A stretch of DNA of 64,000 bases from Eubacteriales bacterium (GCA_051867875.1 JBJDZG010000025.1:18101-82100); one strand, 5' to 3'. Positions 10,194 through 18,509 are shown, numbered from the stretch's first letter. Notes: generated by a model from the sequence alone, not told the origin. Made by a program: numbers and translations.

Positions 10194-11437
10194 TGGAAAA
10201 CAACAACAATAAAGAAGTTTTGCTTAAAGTGGACCACCTCTGTCAGTATTTCGGCTTCAATAAGGCTGTTGACGACGTAAGCTTTGAGATTCACAAGGGC
10301 GAGGTTTTCGGTCTTGTAGGTGAGTCCGGTTGCGGTAAGACCACGACGGGACGCTCCATTATCCGCCTTTACGATATCACTTCCGGAAGTGTGTATTTCA
10401 AAGGACAGAGGGTTGCCGCAGGCACTATGTCCTACAAGAAGGCTATCAAGGAAGCCAAGGAGCAGATCAGGGCTCTCAAAGCAGAACGCAAATTTTCTGC
10501 CGAGTTAATAGAAGCCAAGGAACAGATTAAGGCTCTCAAAGCTGAACGCAAAACTGCTGACGAGTTAAGAAAAGCCGAAATTGATAAAGAAATTCTCGAA
10601 AAAACGAAATTTATCAATGCTCAAATGCAGGAAAACAAAACCGGTAACGAGTTAAGGAAAGCTGAAATTGATAAAGAAATTCTCGAAAAGACGGAATTTA
10701 TTAATGCTCAGAAGCAGGAAATAAAGAGCGCAGTTTACGACCATAAGCATTGCGACAAGGACCTCATCACGAAAATTCAGATGATTTTCCAGGACCCCAT
10801 CGCTTCTCTGGACCCCCGTATGACAGTCCGCGATATTATCGCAGAGGGACTTATCATCAACGGCGAAAAGGACAAAAAGGTTATTGACGAAAAGGTATTT
10901 AAGATGCTTGAACTCGTCGGACTCGTTAAGGAGCACGCTTCGCGTTATCCTCATGAGTTCTCCGGCGGTCAGAAGCAGAGAATCGGTGTTGCCCGCGCGG
11001 TAATTATGGAGCCCGAGATCATCATTGCCGACGAGCCGGTTTCCGCTCTCGACGTTTCCATTCAGGCGCAGGTTATCAACCTTCTTAACGACCTTCGCCG
11101 CGACCTCGGTCTTACCATTCTCTTTATCGCGCACGACCTTTCCGTCGTAAAATACTTCTCCGACAGAATCGGCGTTATGTATTACGGTAAGCTCGTTGAG
11201 CTCGCTGACGCAGATGAGCTCTTCTTAAATCCCCTTCACCCCTACACGAAGTCGTTGCTCTCCGCTATTCCTCTTCCCGACCCGGTTTATGAGAAGCAGA
11301 GAAAGAGAATCGTTTATAATCCCCTTGCGTCCCACGACTACACGCAGGAAGGACCTACACTCAAAGAGATTAAGCCCGGACATTTCGTATATTGCAACTC
11401 CGCAGAATTTGAACAGTATTCAAAGGAATTGAAATAA
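10193..11437 (+). CDS. ABC transporter ATP-binding protein (OppF-like) with a repeat-containing insertion
   Basis: Walker A GESGCGKTT, Q-loop IFQDPIASLDP, signature FSGGQKQR and Walker B IIIADEPVSALD. ATG overlaps the upstream stop. Confidence 0.85.
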   Translation: MENNNNKEVLLKVDHLCQYFGFNKAVDDVSFEIHKGEVFGLVGESGCGKTTTGRSIIRLYDITSGSVYFKGQRVAAGTMSYKKAIKEAKEQIRALKAERKFSAELIEAKEQIKALKAERKTADELRKAEIDKEILEKTKFINAQMQENKTGNELRKAEIDKEILEKTEFINAQKQEIKSAVYDHKHCDKDLITKIQMIFQDPIASLDPRMTVRDIIAEGLIINGEKDKKVIDEKVFKMLELVGLVKEHASRYPHEFSGGQKQRIGVARAVIMEPEIIIADEPVSALDVSIQAQVINLLNDLRRDLGLTILFIAHDLSVVKYFSDRIGVMYYGKLVELADADELFLNPLHPYTKSLLSAIPLPDPVYEKQRKRIVYNPLASHDYTQEGPTLKEIKPGHFVYCNSAEFEQYSKELK

Positions 11438-11440
11438 ACG

Positions 11441-11860
11441 ATGAACGAAGAAACCAAAATTCAAAACAGAAAAAGGCTTATAAGATATGCCGTAACGGCA
11501 GGTGCGGACCTGGTGTTGGCTCTCGTGCTCTCGTATGCAAGATATAAGAGCTTTGACGAGAGCATAAAAGGGACTCCCCTGTTCCAAGGACTCAGCGACG
11601 GATTTATCGTCGTCGGATTCTTCAATTTTGCCTTCGGTGTGCTTCTGTGGATTGCTTCCACGGGTACGCTGGATATAATCACCTATGCTATTAAAGCCGC
11701 GGTCTGGTTCATTATTCCTATCAAAAGGAGCACAGGACTCGGCGACTATTATGAGTATAAGGTCAAGCAGAAGGAAAAGAGAAAGGGCATTCCGTTTGAG
11801 ACGATTTGGATAGGGCTTGCGTTTATCGCAATCTCCGCTCTGTTTGCATATTTGGCTTAA
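11441..11860 (+). CDS. Small integral membrane protein (DUF3899-like)
   Basis: 139 aa with 3-4 hydrophobic segments, starting 3 nt after the oppF-like stop. The family assignment is from memory only. Confidence 0.5.
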   Translation: MNEETKIQNRKRLIRYAVTAGADLVLALVLSYARYKSFDESIKGTPLFQGLSDGFIVVGFFNFAFGVLLWIASTGTLDIITYAIKAAVWFIIPIKRSTGLGDYYEYKVKQKEKRKGIPFETIWIGLAFIAISALFAYLA

Positions 11861-11876
11861 CCGAAAATGTATTGAA

Positions 11877-11901
11877 GCACCCGCGAAGGCGGGTGCTTTT
11901 T
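11877..11901 (+). terminator. Intrinsic terminator of the opp-like operon
   Basis: GCACCCGC-GAA-GGCGGGTGC followed by TTTTT. Confidence 0.85.
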
Positions 11902-11928
11902 GTGCGTTCATACCGCGCGAATGCGAGG

Positions 11929-12475
11929 CGGACCGTCGAGGAGGTCGCGCCCTACGGGTGTTTTGTTTGTGCTGCGCACAATCATAACGGGGCGTCGAGG
12001 ACGTCGCCCCCTACGGGTGTTGTGTTTGCACCGTGCCCGTTCTGCGTTTTCGCCCGCTTTTGCGACGGCAGGAGCAAGTCCCCGCCCTACGGTTGAGGTG
12101 CGCTCACCGTTCGTGCAAGCGTCGAAAACGGGGCGTCGAGGACGTCGCCCCCTACGGTTGTTGCGCGTGCGCCGTGCCCGTTCTGTGTTTTCGCCCGCCT
12201 TTTGTGAAAAGCGGGCGCGGGCGGTGGGGCGCGTAGCCCCGCCTCGCTCTCCGCAGAGAGCGAAACTCTCGCTCGGCGTTTCTCTTTTGCCGAAGAATGT
12301 GCAAATCACCGTTTTTGCCCGCAAAACGCGGTTGCAAAACCGCGAGGTGAGTTGCTTTGAGATGGGCAAATTGTCTTTATTTATTAGCTTCATTGTGTGC
12401 CCATCGATGTGCCTATGGTATCAAAGAAAAAAGCGGCTAACGAGTTTCGGTATCTTCACGGCTATTGATATCAAA
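11929..12475 (+). repeat. REP/BIME-like cluster A: three forward REP cores (11929-11960 degenerate, 11988-12016, 12130-12156) plus a hairpin-rich module
   Basis: Core is GGGGCGTCGAGGACGTCGCCCC-CTAC(GG). The module holds CGCCCGCCTTTTGTGAAAAGCGGGCG and GGGGC-GCGTA-GCCCC hairpins, as in the copies at 29.6 kb and 59.8 kb. Confidence 0.8.
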
Positions 12476-12524
12476 CAAACCCACTCGCACCCATTTTGTT
12501 GTTTTGCCCTACGTTGATTTTTGA

Positions 12525-12700
12525 TATAACCCGTAGGGGGCGACGTCCTCGACGCCCCGAAAAGCGTGGAGTTCTGACCGCACGAAAAAATTGCGTAGAA
12601 ACATATCAAACGATTAAATGATTTTTACGGCAATTATATTGTTTGCGTTTCAAAACGGACCGTCGAGGACGCCGGTCCCTACGGCTGTTGTGTTTGCACC
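12525..12700 (+). repeat. REPIN/MITE-like doublet, copy 1: two inverted REP cores (12531-12558 and 12657-12684) around a roughly 100-bp AT-richer centre
   Basis: By manual alignment, near-identical (only a handful of mismatches over about 156 bp) to the reverse complement of 52503-52678. Confidence 0.8.
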
Positions 12701-12792
12701 GCACCTATACGATTGTTTTCGCCCGCCTTTTGCGACGGCGGGAGCAAGCCCCCGCCCTACGGTTAAGGTGTGCGCACATCGCACAATCATAA

Positions 12793-12880
12793 CGGGGCGT
12801 CGGGGACGTCGGTCCCTACGGTTGTTGTGCGTGAGCCTGCGCGAACGTAGGGCGGGGCGTCGAGGACGTCGCCCCCTACA
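12793..12880 (+). repeat. Two further forward REP cores (12793-12822, 12847-12880)
   Basis: GGGGCGTCGGGGACGTCGGTCCCTACGG and GTAGGGCGGGGCGTCGAGGACGTCGCCCCCTAC. Confidence 0.75.
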
Positions 12881-13183
12881 AAGCAACATCCAACTTATGA
12901 GAATCAGTCTTTTGCTCACATTTGAGTTTATTGACACAATTTGTCGAGGTATTTCTATTGACAAAAGGGGATTTGTAGGGTATAATAAAAAGGATGAAAA
13001 GTCCGTAACAAACAACGTCTCTGAAAACGTACATATCGGTGTGGTCGTTATAGTCCGTGAGGTGTTTTCGCAAAAGAGCCGTTAACATTAAAAAACCGTG
13101 CTGTGCACGGTCTTTCTGCGTGCAAATTTTTAATATTTATGAAACTACATACTACATATTTTGAAAGGAAGTGGGAAGATTTA

Positions 13184-15343
13184 ATGAAAACAAAACAGGA
13201 AAAAACCGCAAATACAAATGAAATTGCAACAGAAAAAGTGAAAGCACCCGTTCATCAGCGCAAAAAGAGCGCAAAGGGCGGAAACAAGAAGCAGGCGTCA
13301 AAAAAATACGTTCGCCAGACGCTTGCTAAGCTCAGTGAAGAGGCTCTTGAGAGCATTGAGCGCTCGTCATCGAAGTCAAAAAAAGATAAAAGCGAAGCGG
13401 TAACGCCCAATTTTATGAGTGATACGGCGGTAAGCGAGCTTGAAAACGGTAAGAAATCGGGCAAAAAGTCCGAGAGCAAGTCTGCGAAGGAGCCGAAGGC
13501 TGAGAAAAAAGCCAAAAACGGTAAAAAAGTCAACGATACGTCCGAGAAAAGCTCCGGGAAAAAATCCGATAAAAAAACCGACAAGAAATCCGCGGAAAAA
13601 TCAAGTAAAAAGTCTAAAACTCCTCGCAAGAGCGAGATGCGCGGATACGTTCCGACGATTGAAAAGGACGTCAGCGCCAAGGTGCGCGTGATTTCCCTCG
13701 GCGGACTTAACGAGATAGGCAAAAACATCACCGTGCTTGAATGTGGCGAGGACATCATAATCATCGACTGCGGATTTGCATTCCCCGACGAGGATATGCT
13801 TGGCGTCGACTTGGTTTTGCCGGATTTTACGTATCTCAAAGAAAATTCCGAGCGAGTTCGCGCGCTCGTGGTAACGCACGGCCACGAGGACCACATCGGC
13901 GGAATTCCGTATCTTCTCCGCGAGCTTGAGTCGCCCATTCCGATTTACGGAACTCTCCTGACTCTCGGAATTATCAAAAACAAGCTCGCGGAGCACAAGC
14001 TCCCCACGGAAGCTACTCTCAAGGTTGTCAGCGCGGGCGACACTGTAAAAATCGGCTCGAATTTTGCACTTGAGTTTATCCACGTCAATCACTCGATAGC
14101 GGACGCGTGCGCGCTCTGTATCGACACGCCCGTGGGCAAGATATTCCATACGGGAGATTTTAAGCTTGACTTAACACCCATTGACGGCGAGCCCATGGAT
14201 ATCACGCGAATAGGCGAGCTCGGCAAAGAGGGGATTGAGCTCCTTCTCTGCGAGAGCACTAACGCGGAACGCCCCGGTTACACGCCCAGCGAGCGCAAGG
14301 TCGGCAAGTCGCTTGAATATATTTTCTCGACGAACGCCGATAAGAGAATAGTCATTGCGACGTTCTCCTCAAACGTGCACAGAGTTCAGCAGATAATCGA
14401 TACGAGCGCCCGCCACGGCAGAAAGGTTGCCATTACGGGCAGAAGTATGCTCAATATCGTCGGCGCGGCGACGGAGCTCGGATACATGAGCTTTCCCGAG
14501 GGCGTGCTCATTGATATTGCGGACATAAGACGCTACAAGCCCGAGCAGATTACCATTATCACCACCGGCTCGCAGGGCGAGCCTATGAGCGCGCTTTACC
14601 GAATGGCGTTCTCCGACCACAGAGAGGTAACGCTCGGCAGAAACGACGTAGTAATTCTTTCGTCGAGCCCCATTCCCGGCAACGAAAAGCTCGTAGGAAG
14701 AATAATCAACGAGCTCTGCAAGAACGGAGTTACGGTGCTCCACGACGCGCTCGTCAACGTTCACGTTTCGGGACACGCCTGCCAAGAGGAGTTAAAGCTA
14801 ATGCAGGCGCTCTTAAAGCCGAGATATTTTATGCCAATACACGGAGAGTACCGACACCTCGACGCAAACCGTCAATTGGCGCTTGAAATGGGTATGGCGG
14901 AGAGGGATATCTTCATATCAGATATCGGAAAGGTGCTCGAGCTCAGTGCGACGGGCGCAAAATTCGTCGGAACTGTTCCCTCGGGAAAATCCCTTGTTAA
15001 CGGAAACAGCGTCGGAGAGGTTGGAAATATCGTTCTCCGCGACCGCCGCCATCTGTCGCAGGACGGACTTATCGTCGTAGTTGCGTCGGTTGATTGCACT
15101 ATGAAATTGCTCGTCTCGGGTCCTGACGTCGTGTCGCGCGGATTCGTCTACGTCCGCGAGGCTGAAGAGCTTATGGACGACATTAAGGAGCTTGCCGCAA
15201 GCTCCATTGAGGACTACCTTGACCGCACGCGTACCGTTGACAGAGTAGCACTTAAAACCAAGCTCAAGGACGACATTTCAAAGTATCTCTATACGCGCAC
15301 AAAGCGCCGTCCGATGGTGCTTCCCATCATTATGAACGTGTGA
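13184..15343 (+). CDS. rnj: Ribonuclease J with a roughly 190-aa Lys/Ser-rich N-terminal extension
   Basis: Metallo-beta-lactamase motif VVTHGHEDHIGG, beta-CASP and C-terminal domains with RNase J-like sequence throughout. ATG 13184 follows a GGAAG/GGGAAG RBS. The ORF-track start at 13103 has no RBS. Confidence 0.9.
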   Translation: MKTKQEKTANTNEIATEKVKAPVHQRKKSAKGGNKKQASKKYVRQTLAKLSEEALESIERSSSKSKKDKSEAVTPNFMSDTAVSELENGKKSGKKSESKSAKEPKAEKKAKNGKKVNDTSEKSSGKKSDKKTDKKSAEKSSKKSKTPRKSEMRGYVPTIEKDVSAKVRVISLGGLNEIGKNITVLECGEDIIIIDCGFAFPDEDMLGVDLVLPDFTYLKENSERVRALVVTHGHEDHIGGIPYLLRELESPIPIYGTLLTLGIIKNKLAEHKLPTEATLKVVSAGDTVKIGSNFALEFIHVNHSIADACALCIDTPVGKIFHTGDFKLDLTPIDGEPMDITRIGELGKEGIELLLCESTNAERPGYTPSERKVGKSLEYIFSTNADKRIVIATFSSNVHRVQQIIDTSARHGRKVAITGRSMLNIVGAATELGYMSFPEGVLIDIADIRRYKPEQITIITTGSQGEPMSALYRMAFSDHREVTLGRNDVVILSSSPIPGNEKLVGRIINELCKNGVTVLHDALVNVHVSGHACQEELKLMQALLKPRYFMPIHGEYRHLDANRQLALEMGMAERDIFISDIGKVLELSATGAKFVGTVPSGKSLVNGNSVGEVGNIVLRDRRHLSQDGLIVVVASVDCTMKLLVSGPDVVSRGFVYVREAEELMDDIKELAASSIEDYLDRTRTVDRVALKTKLKDDISKYLYTRTKRRPMVLPIIMNV

Positions 15344-15468
15344 TGAAAAATGTGTAAAAACTCTTAATAACGACAAAATTCATAATGTGTTCATAATTAG
15401 TTCAAAAAACAATAATAATATAATAGTATAATGACTTTATTAATGCCCATAAAGGAGAGATATATAAA

Positions 15469-17382
15469 ATGGCACAGGTTAAACCTATTCAGAAAAAGAA
15501 AACGAGCGGACCGAGAATTGCCGCATTAATCGTTACAATTGCGATTTTGCTCGGACTTGTTGTGTCCCTCGTGGCATCAACGGGAATTTTCGTCCGTATG
15601 CAGGAAGGCGCATCAAGTGAGCACTACAAAGTAAACGGCTCCATGATGAGCTACTACACGAACTCCGTATATCAGAGCTGGTATCAGCAGTACTACTACT
15701 ATATCTTGCTCGGTTACATCAAATTTGACCCATCCAAACCTCTTGACGAGCAGTACACAGACAGCTCCAAGAAGGAAACCTACTACGACTATTTTGTAAG
15801 CCAGGCTAAGACACAGGTAACGAAGCTTCTCAAATACTGTGAGGCTGCAAGAGTTGACGACGAGGTTAATTTCAGCGAGCTTGAATCAAAGGCCGAGGAC
15901 TACGCTAAGGAGTCCATTAAGGCTCTTAAAGAAAGCGCAAAGAAGAACAATGTCGATTTCGTTACCTTCCTTCGCCAGAACTTCGGTCAGTACGTAAGTG
16001 AGAGCGACCTTCGCAACGCTCTCGTTATCGAGTATATCGCAAGCGATTACTCCAACACAATGTACAACAGAATCTACGACGGTATGACCGACGAGCGCAA
16101 GGAAGAGTACTTCAAGGACCATCTCAGCTCCTTCATCACAGCCGACTACCTCACATTCTCTCTTTCTCAGACGGTAGAGCCCGAGAAGGTTGACGAGAAG
16201 GCATTTGAGGGCGGAAAGGATTCTCAGGAATACAAGGACGCCGTAGCTGCTGCCAAGGCTGCTGCAAAGCTCCAGAACGAAATCAACAAGGAAAGAGACA
16301 GAGAGTTCATCGAAAAGCTCGCTAAGGCTGAAAGCGCTGACGAGTTCAAGCGTATGCTTATCGAGTACAAGTTCGACGAGAACTTTGAATCCGCTTACAA
16401 GGCCGCAGTTAAGAACCTCGCAACAGAGGACAAGCCCTCCGAGGAAGTGCTCAACGCATACAAGGAAAGCGTAAAACAGCAGATTATCGACGCTGTTATG
16501 GAAGGCAAGAGCGATATCGTTGAAGAAGATGAGAAAGAAGCAGAGGCAACTGCTGATGAATCTACGGAAACAAAGTGGGAAAAGGCTGCAAAAACCATTC
16601 CTTCTTCCGTTATCACAAAGCTCAACACAGTAATTAAGAATGCAACAAAGAGTGCCGCATACACGCTTGATACTGACCTTGGCAAGTTCCTCTTCGCAGG
16701 TGTAAAGGCTCAGTACGGCATCGAGTACGGTGAGGACGAAACGCAGGGTGAAAACGCTGACGTTAATGATTACTTCATCGACGAGAAGGAATTCTCCGAG
16801 TCCGAAAAGGAAGCCGCCGAAGCAGAGGGCAAGTACACACTTACCGTTTACTACGTAACAGAGAGCGCTCACAGAGATGAATCTATCGAGCGCGACGTAG
16901 CACACATTCTCTTCAAGGTTGATACAAAGCTTACGGAAAACACAGAGAACACCTTCAAGACAAGCGACGAGGCTAAGGCTGCCGCTGAGGCACTTCTCAC
17001 CGAAATCAAGACAAAGTTCGAGGAAGTAAAGGCTAACCTCAAAGACGGTGAAGACCTCGAAGAAAAACTCAGAGAGGCATTCGTTGAGATCGGCGAAGAA
17101 AAGACTGCTGACAGCAACGTAGTATATGAAAGCGTTAACGAGTCCGACTCCTACGTTGAAGAATTCCTTGATTGGCTCTTTGCTGCAAAGACAGAGGGCG
17201 AGCTCGGTCTTATCGAAACAACGTACGGCTGGCACATTATGTACTACGGCGGCGAGGTTGACGAGGCTTGGAGAGTAAATGCTCATTCGGGTGCTGCAAG
17301 CGAGGACCTCACCGAATGGTACGAGGCTCTTGAATTTGAAGTTCACATCAACGACAGCATCTTCAAGACGATTTTTAACTGA
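15469..17382 (+). CDS. Membrane-anchored peptidyl-prolyl isomerase (PpiC/parvulin-type, PrsA/SurA-like foldase)
   Basis: N-terminal TM helix, long acidic/helical middle, and a C-terminal parvulin-like segment (AHILFKV ... GWHIMYY). Confidence 0.75.
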   Translation: MAQVKPIQKKKTSGPRIAALIVTIAILLGLVVSLVASTGIFVRMQEGASSEHYKVNGSMMSYYTNSVYQSWYQQYYYYILLGYIKFDPSKPLDEQYTDSSKKETYYDYFVSQAKTQVTKLLKYCEAARVDDEVNFSELESKAEDYAKESIKALKESAKKNNVDFVTFLRQNFGQYVSESDLRNALVIEYIASDYSNTMYNRIYDGMTDERKEEYFKDHLSSFITADYLTFSLSQTVEPEKVDEKAFEGGKDSQEYKDAVAAAKAAAKLQNEINKERDREFIEKLAKAESADEFKRMLIEYKFDENFESAYKAAVKNLATEDKPSEEVLNAYKESVKQQIIDAVMEGKSDIVEEDEKEAEATADESTETKWEKAAKTIPSSVITKLNTVIKNATKSAAYTLDTDLGKFLFAGVKAQYGIEYGEDETQGENADVNDYFIDEKEFSESEKEAAEAEGKYTLTVYYVTESAHRDESIERDVAHILFKVDTKLTENTENTFKTSDEAKAAAEALLTEIKTKFEEVKANLKDGEDLEEKLREAFVEIGEEKTADSNVVYESVNESDSYVEEFLDWLFAAKTEGELGLIETTYGWHIMYYGGEVDEAWRVNAHSGAASEDLTEWYEALEFEVHINDSIFKTIFN

Positions 17383-17400
17383 TTGAAATTATCAAAAAAA

Positions 17401-17605
17401 CAGACCGCTGAGAAAGTCAGGGATATTTTTCGTTCTCATTCTCGTCGGCGTACAAGGGTACGCCGGAGTGTAAGAACGGAAAAAGCAAGTCGGCACGAGG
17501 GCTCTCGATGACGCCCTTGTGCCGTTCTTATCTTTATTATAAAGATAACGCCATACCAATTCTGTAAAAAATCACTTGCGGTAGCACGGCTTTATCGGCG
17601 GTCTG
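17401..17605 (+). repeat. Structured 205-nt dispersed element, copy 1 (candidate ncRNA or MITE)
   Basis: The first 100 nt or so and the last 35 nt or so are near-identical to 40707-40912. Closing stem is CAGACCGCTGA / TCGGCGGTCTG. Internal hairpins show compensatory changes between the two copies. Confidence 0.7.
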
Positions 17606-17647
17606 AACACGGGTTATGTCCGTGCTGTTTGAACTTGGGAGTATATT

Positions 17648-18322
17648 ATGGTACTTGATAAAAAACAAACTACTTTCGCATACCGCTGTCCTTCATGCGG
17701 AGCGGGCGTTATTTCCGCAGTGGACGTTTTTGCGCTCTCCGCACCTATGATTAAGCTCAAATGCTCCTGCGGTGGAAGTGAAGCGCTTATCGAAAAGCAG
17801 TCCGACGGCAAAATAAGACTTACTGTGCCCTGCCTTATCTGTCCGAAACCGCATACATACCTATTAAGTCCCTCCGTGTTTTTCGGAAAGGACGAGTTTT
17901 TCCTCAACTGTATGTATTCGGATATGAATATCGGTTTCCTCGGAGAGATGGACTACGTCAAGGCAAATCTGGCGAAGAGTGAGCTTGAACTGCTCGACCT
18001 TATGGAAAAATGCGGAATGGACGATTTTTCCGCGATCAGAGAAGCCAACGAGGACGACTCTGACGAGGCACTTGACAGCGAGCTGACGCAGAGCGTGCTT
18101 TTCGTGCTCTCCGAACTTGAAGCAGAGGGCAAGATTTTTTGCAAGTGCAATCACGCTCATGCCGATGGGGACGAAATCGACTCCGAAAAGTACGGCTTTG
18201 AGATTAATTCCGACGGCGTCCGCGTCGTCTGCCGCGACTGCGGAGCGGAGCGCATTATCCCCACCGATAATTCTCTGAATACCCACGCTTTTCTCGACGC
18301 CGATGCGCTGTATCTTGAATAG
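17648..18322 (+). CDS. Hypothetical Cys-rich (zinc-ribbon-like) protein
   Basis: 224 aa with CPSCG...CSCGG...CLICP at the N-terminus and CKC...CRDCG at the C-terminus, and a GGGAG RBS. No family recognised. Confidence 0.5.
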   Translation: MVLDKKQTTFAYRCPSCGAGVISAVDVFALSAPMIKLKCSCGGSEALIEKQSDGKIRLTVPCLICPKPHTYLLSPSVFFGKDEFFLNCMYSDMNIGFLGEMDYVKANLAKSELELLDLMEKCGMDDFSAIREANEDDSDEALDSELTQSVLFVLSELEAEGKIFCKCNHAHADGDEIDSEKYGFEINSDGVRVVCRDCGAERIIPTDNSLNTHAFLDADALYLE

Positions 18323-18366
18323 TCAGCGCAAAAAAGCAGAATATTTTTTGAAAAGCTAACAAAAAG

Positions 18367-18384
18367 CACCCGTACGGGTGTTTT
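18367..18384 (+). terminator. Intrinsic terminator after 17648-18322
   Basis: CACCCGTACGGGTG followed by TTTT. Confidence 0.7.
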
Positions 18385-18405
18385 AGACTGCTGACAAAGT
18401 CAGCG
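18385..18405 (+). repeat. Possible solo 5'-end fragment of the 205-nt element
   Basis: AGACTGCTGACAAAGTCAGCG matches 17402-17422 (AGACCGCTGAGAAAGTCAGGG) at 18/21 positions. Confidence 0.35.
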
Positions 18406-18410
18406 AACCG

Positions 18411-18444
18411 AATCGGGATGCCGAAAAGGCATCCCGATTTTTTT
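18411..18444 (+). terminator. Intrinsic terminator
   Basis: AATCGGGATGCC-GAAAA-GGCATCCCGATT followed by a T-run. Confidence 0.8.
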
Positions 18445-18500
18445 ATATCGGCGGAGTGCCCGCGAAAATGAAAAATTTTGTTCTCGGCGTTGCTTTTTGA

Positions 18501-18509
18501 TGATATAAT
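18501..18509 (+). promoter_or_regulatory. Extended -10 promoter element upstream of the recombinase gene
   Basis: TGaTATAAT, 43 nt upstream of GTG 18552. The -35 is weak. Confidence 0.45.

Noticed and set aside
12525-12700. Small ORF MIFTAIILFAFQNGP... conserved in both REPIN-like copies (12618 on the + strand, 52584 on the minus strand).
   Set aside because: No Shine-Dalgarno sequence precedes it, and the conservation is explained by nucleotide-level identity of the repeat. The frame runs into the REP palindrome.
11929-12880. Possible CRISPR array, because a conserved GC-rich 26-30-nt palindromic unit recurs.
   Set aside because: Spacing is irregular (from about 25 nt to over 350 nt), the copies occur in both orientations and are dispersed over five loci, and there are no cas genes or leader. 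This fits REP/BIME elements, not CRISPR.
11900-13088. Several 60-205-aa ORFs on both strands across the repeat clusters. Others occur at 29336-29861, 47253-47795, 52362-52942 and 59390-60689.
   Set aside because: They are Arg/Gly/Pro-rich translations of GC-rich palindromic repeats (for example GRRGRRPLR). They overlap each other in multiple frames and lack RBSs. The repeat structure explains them better than coding does.
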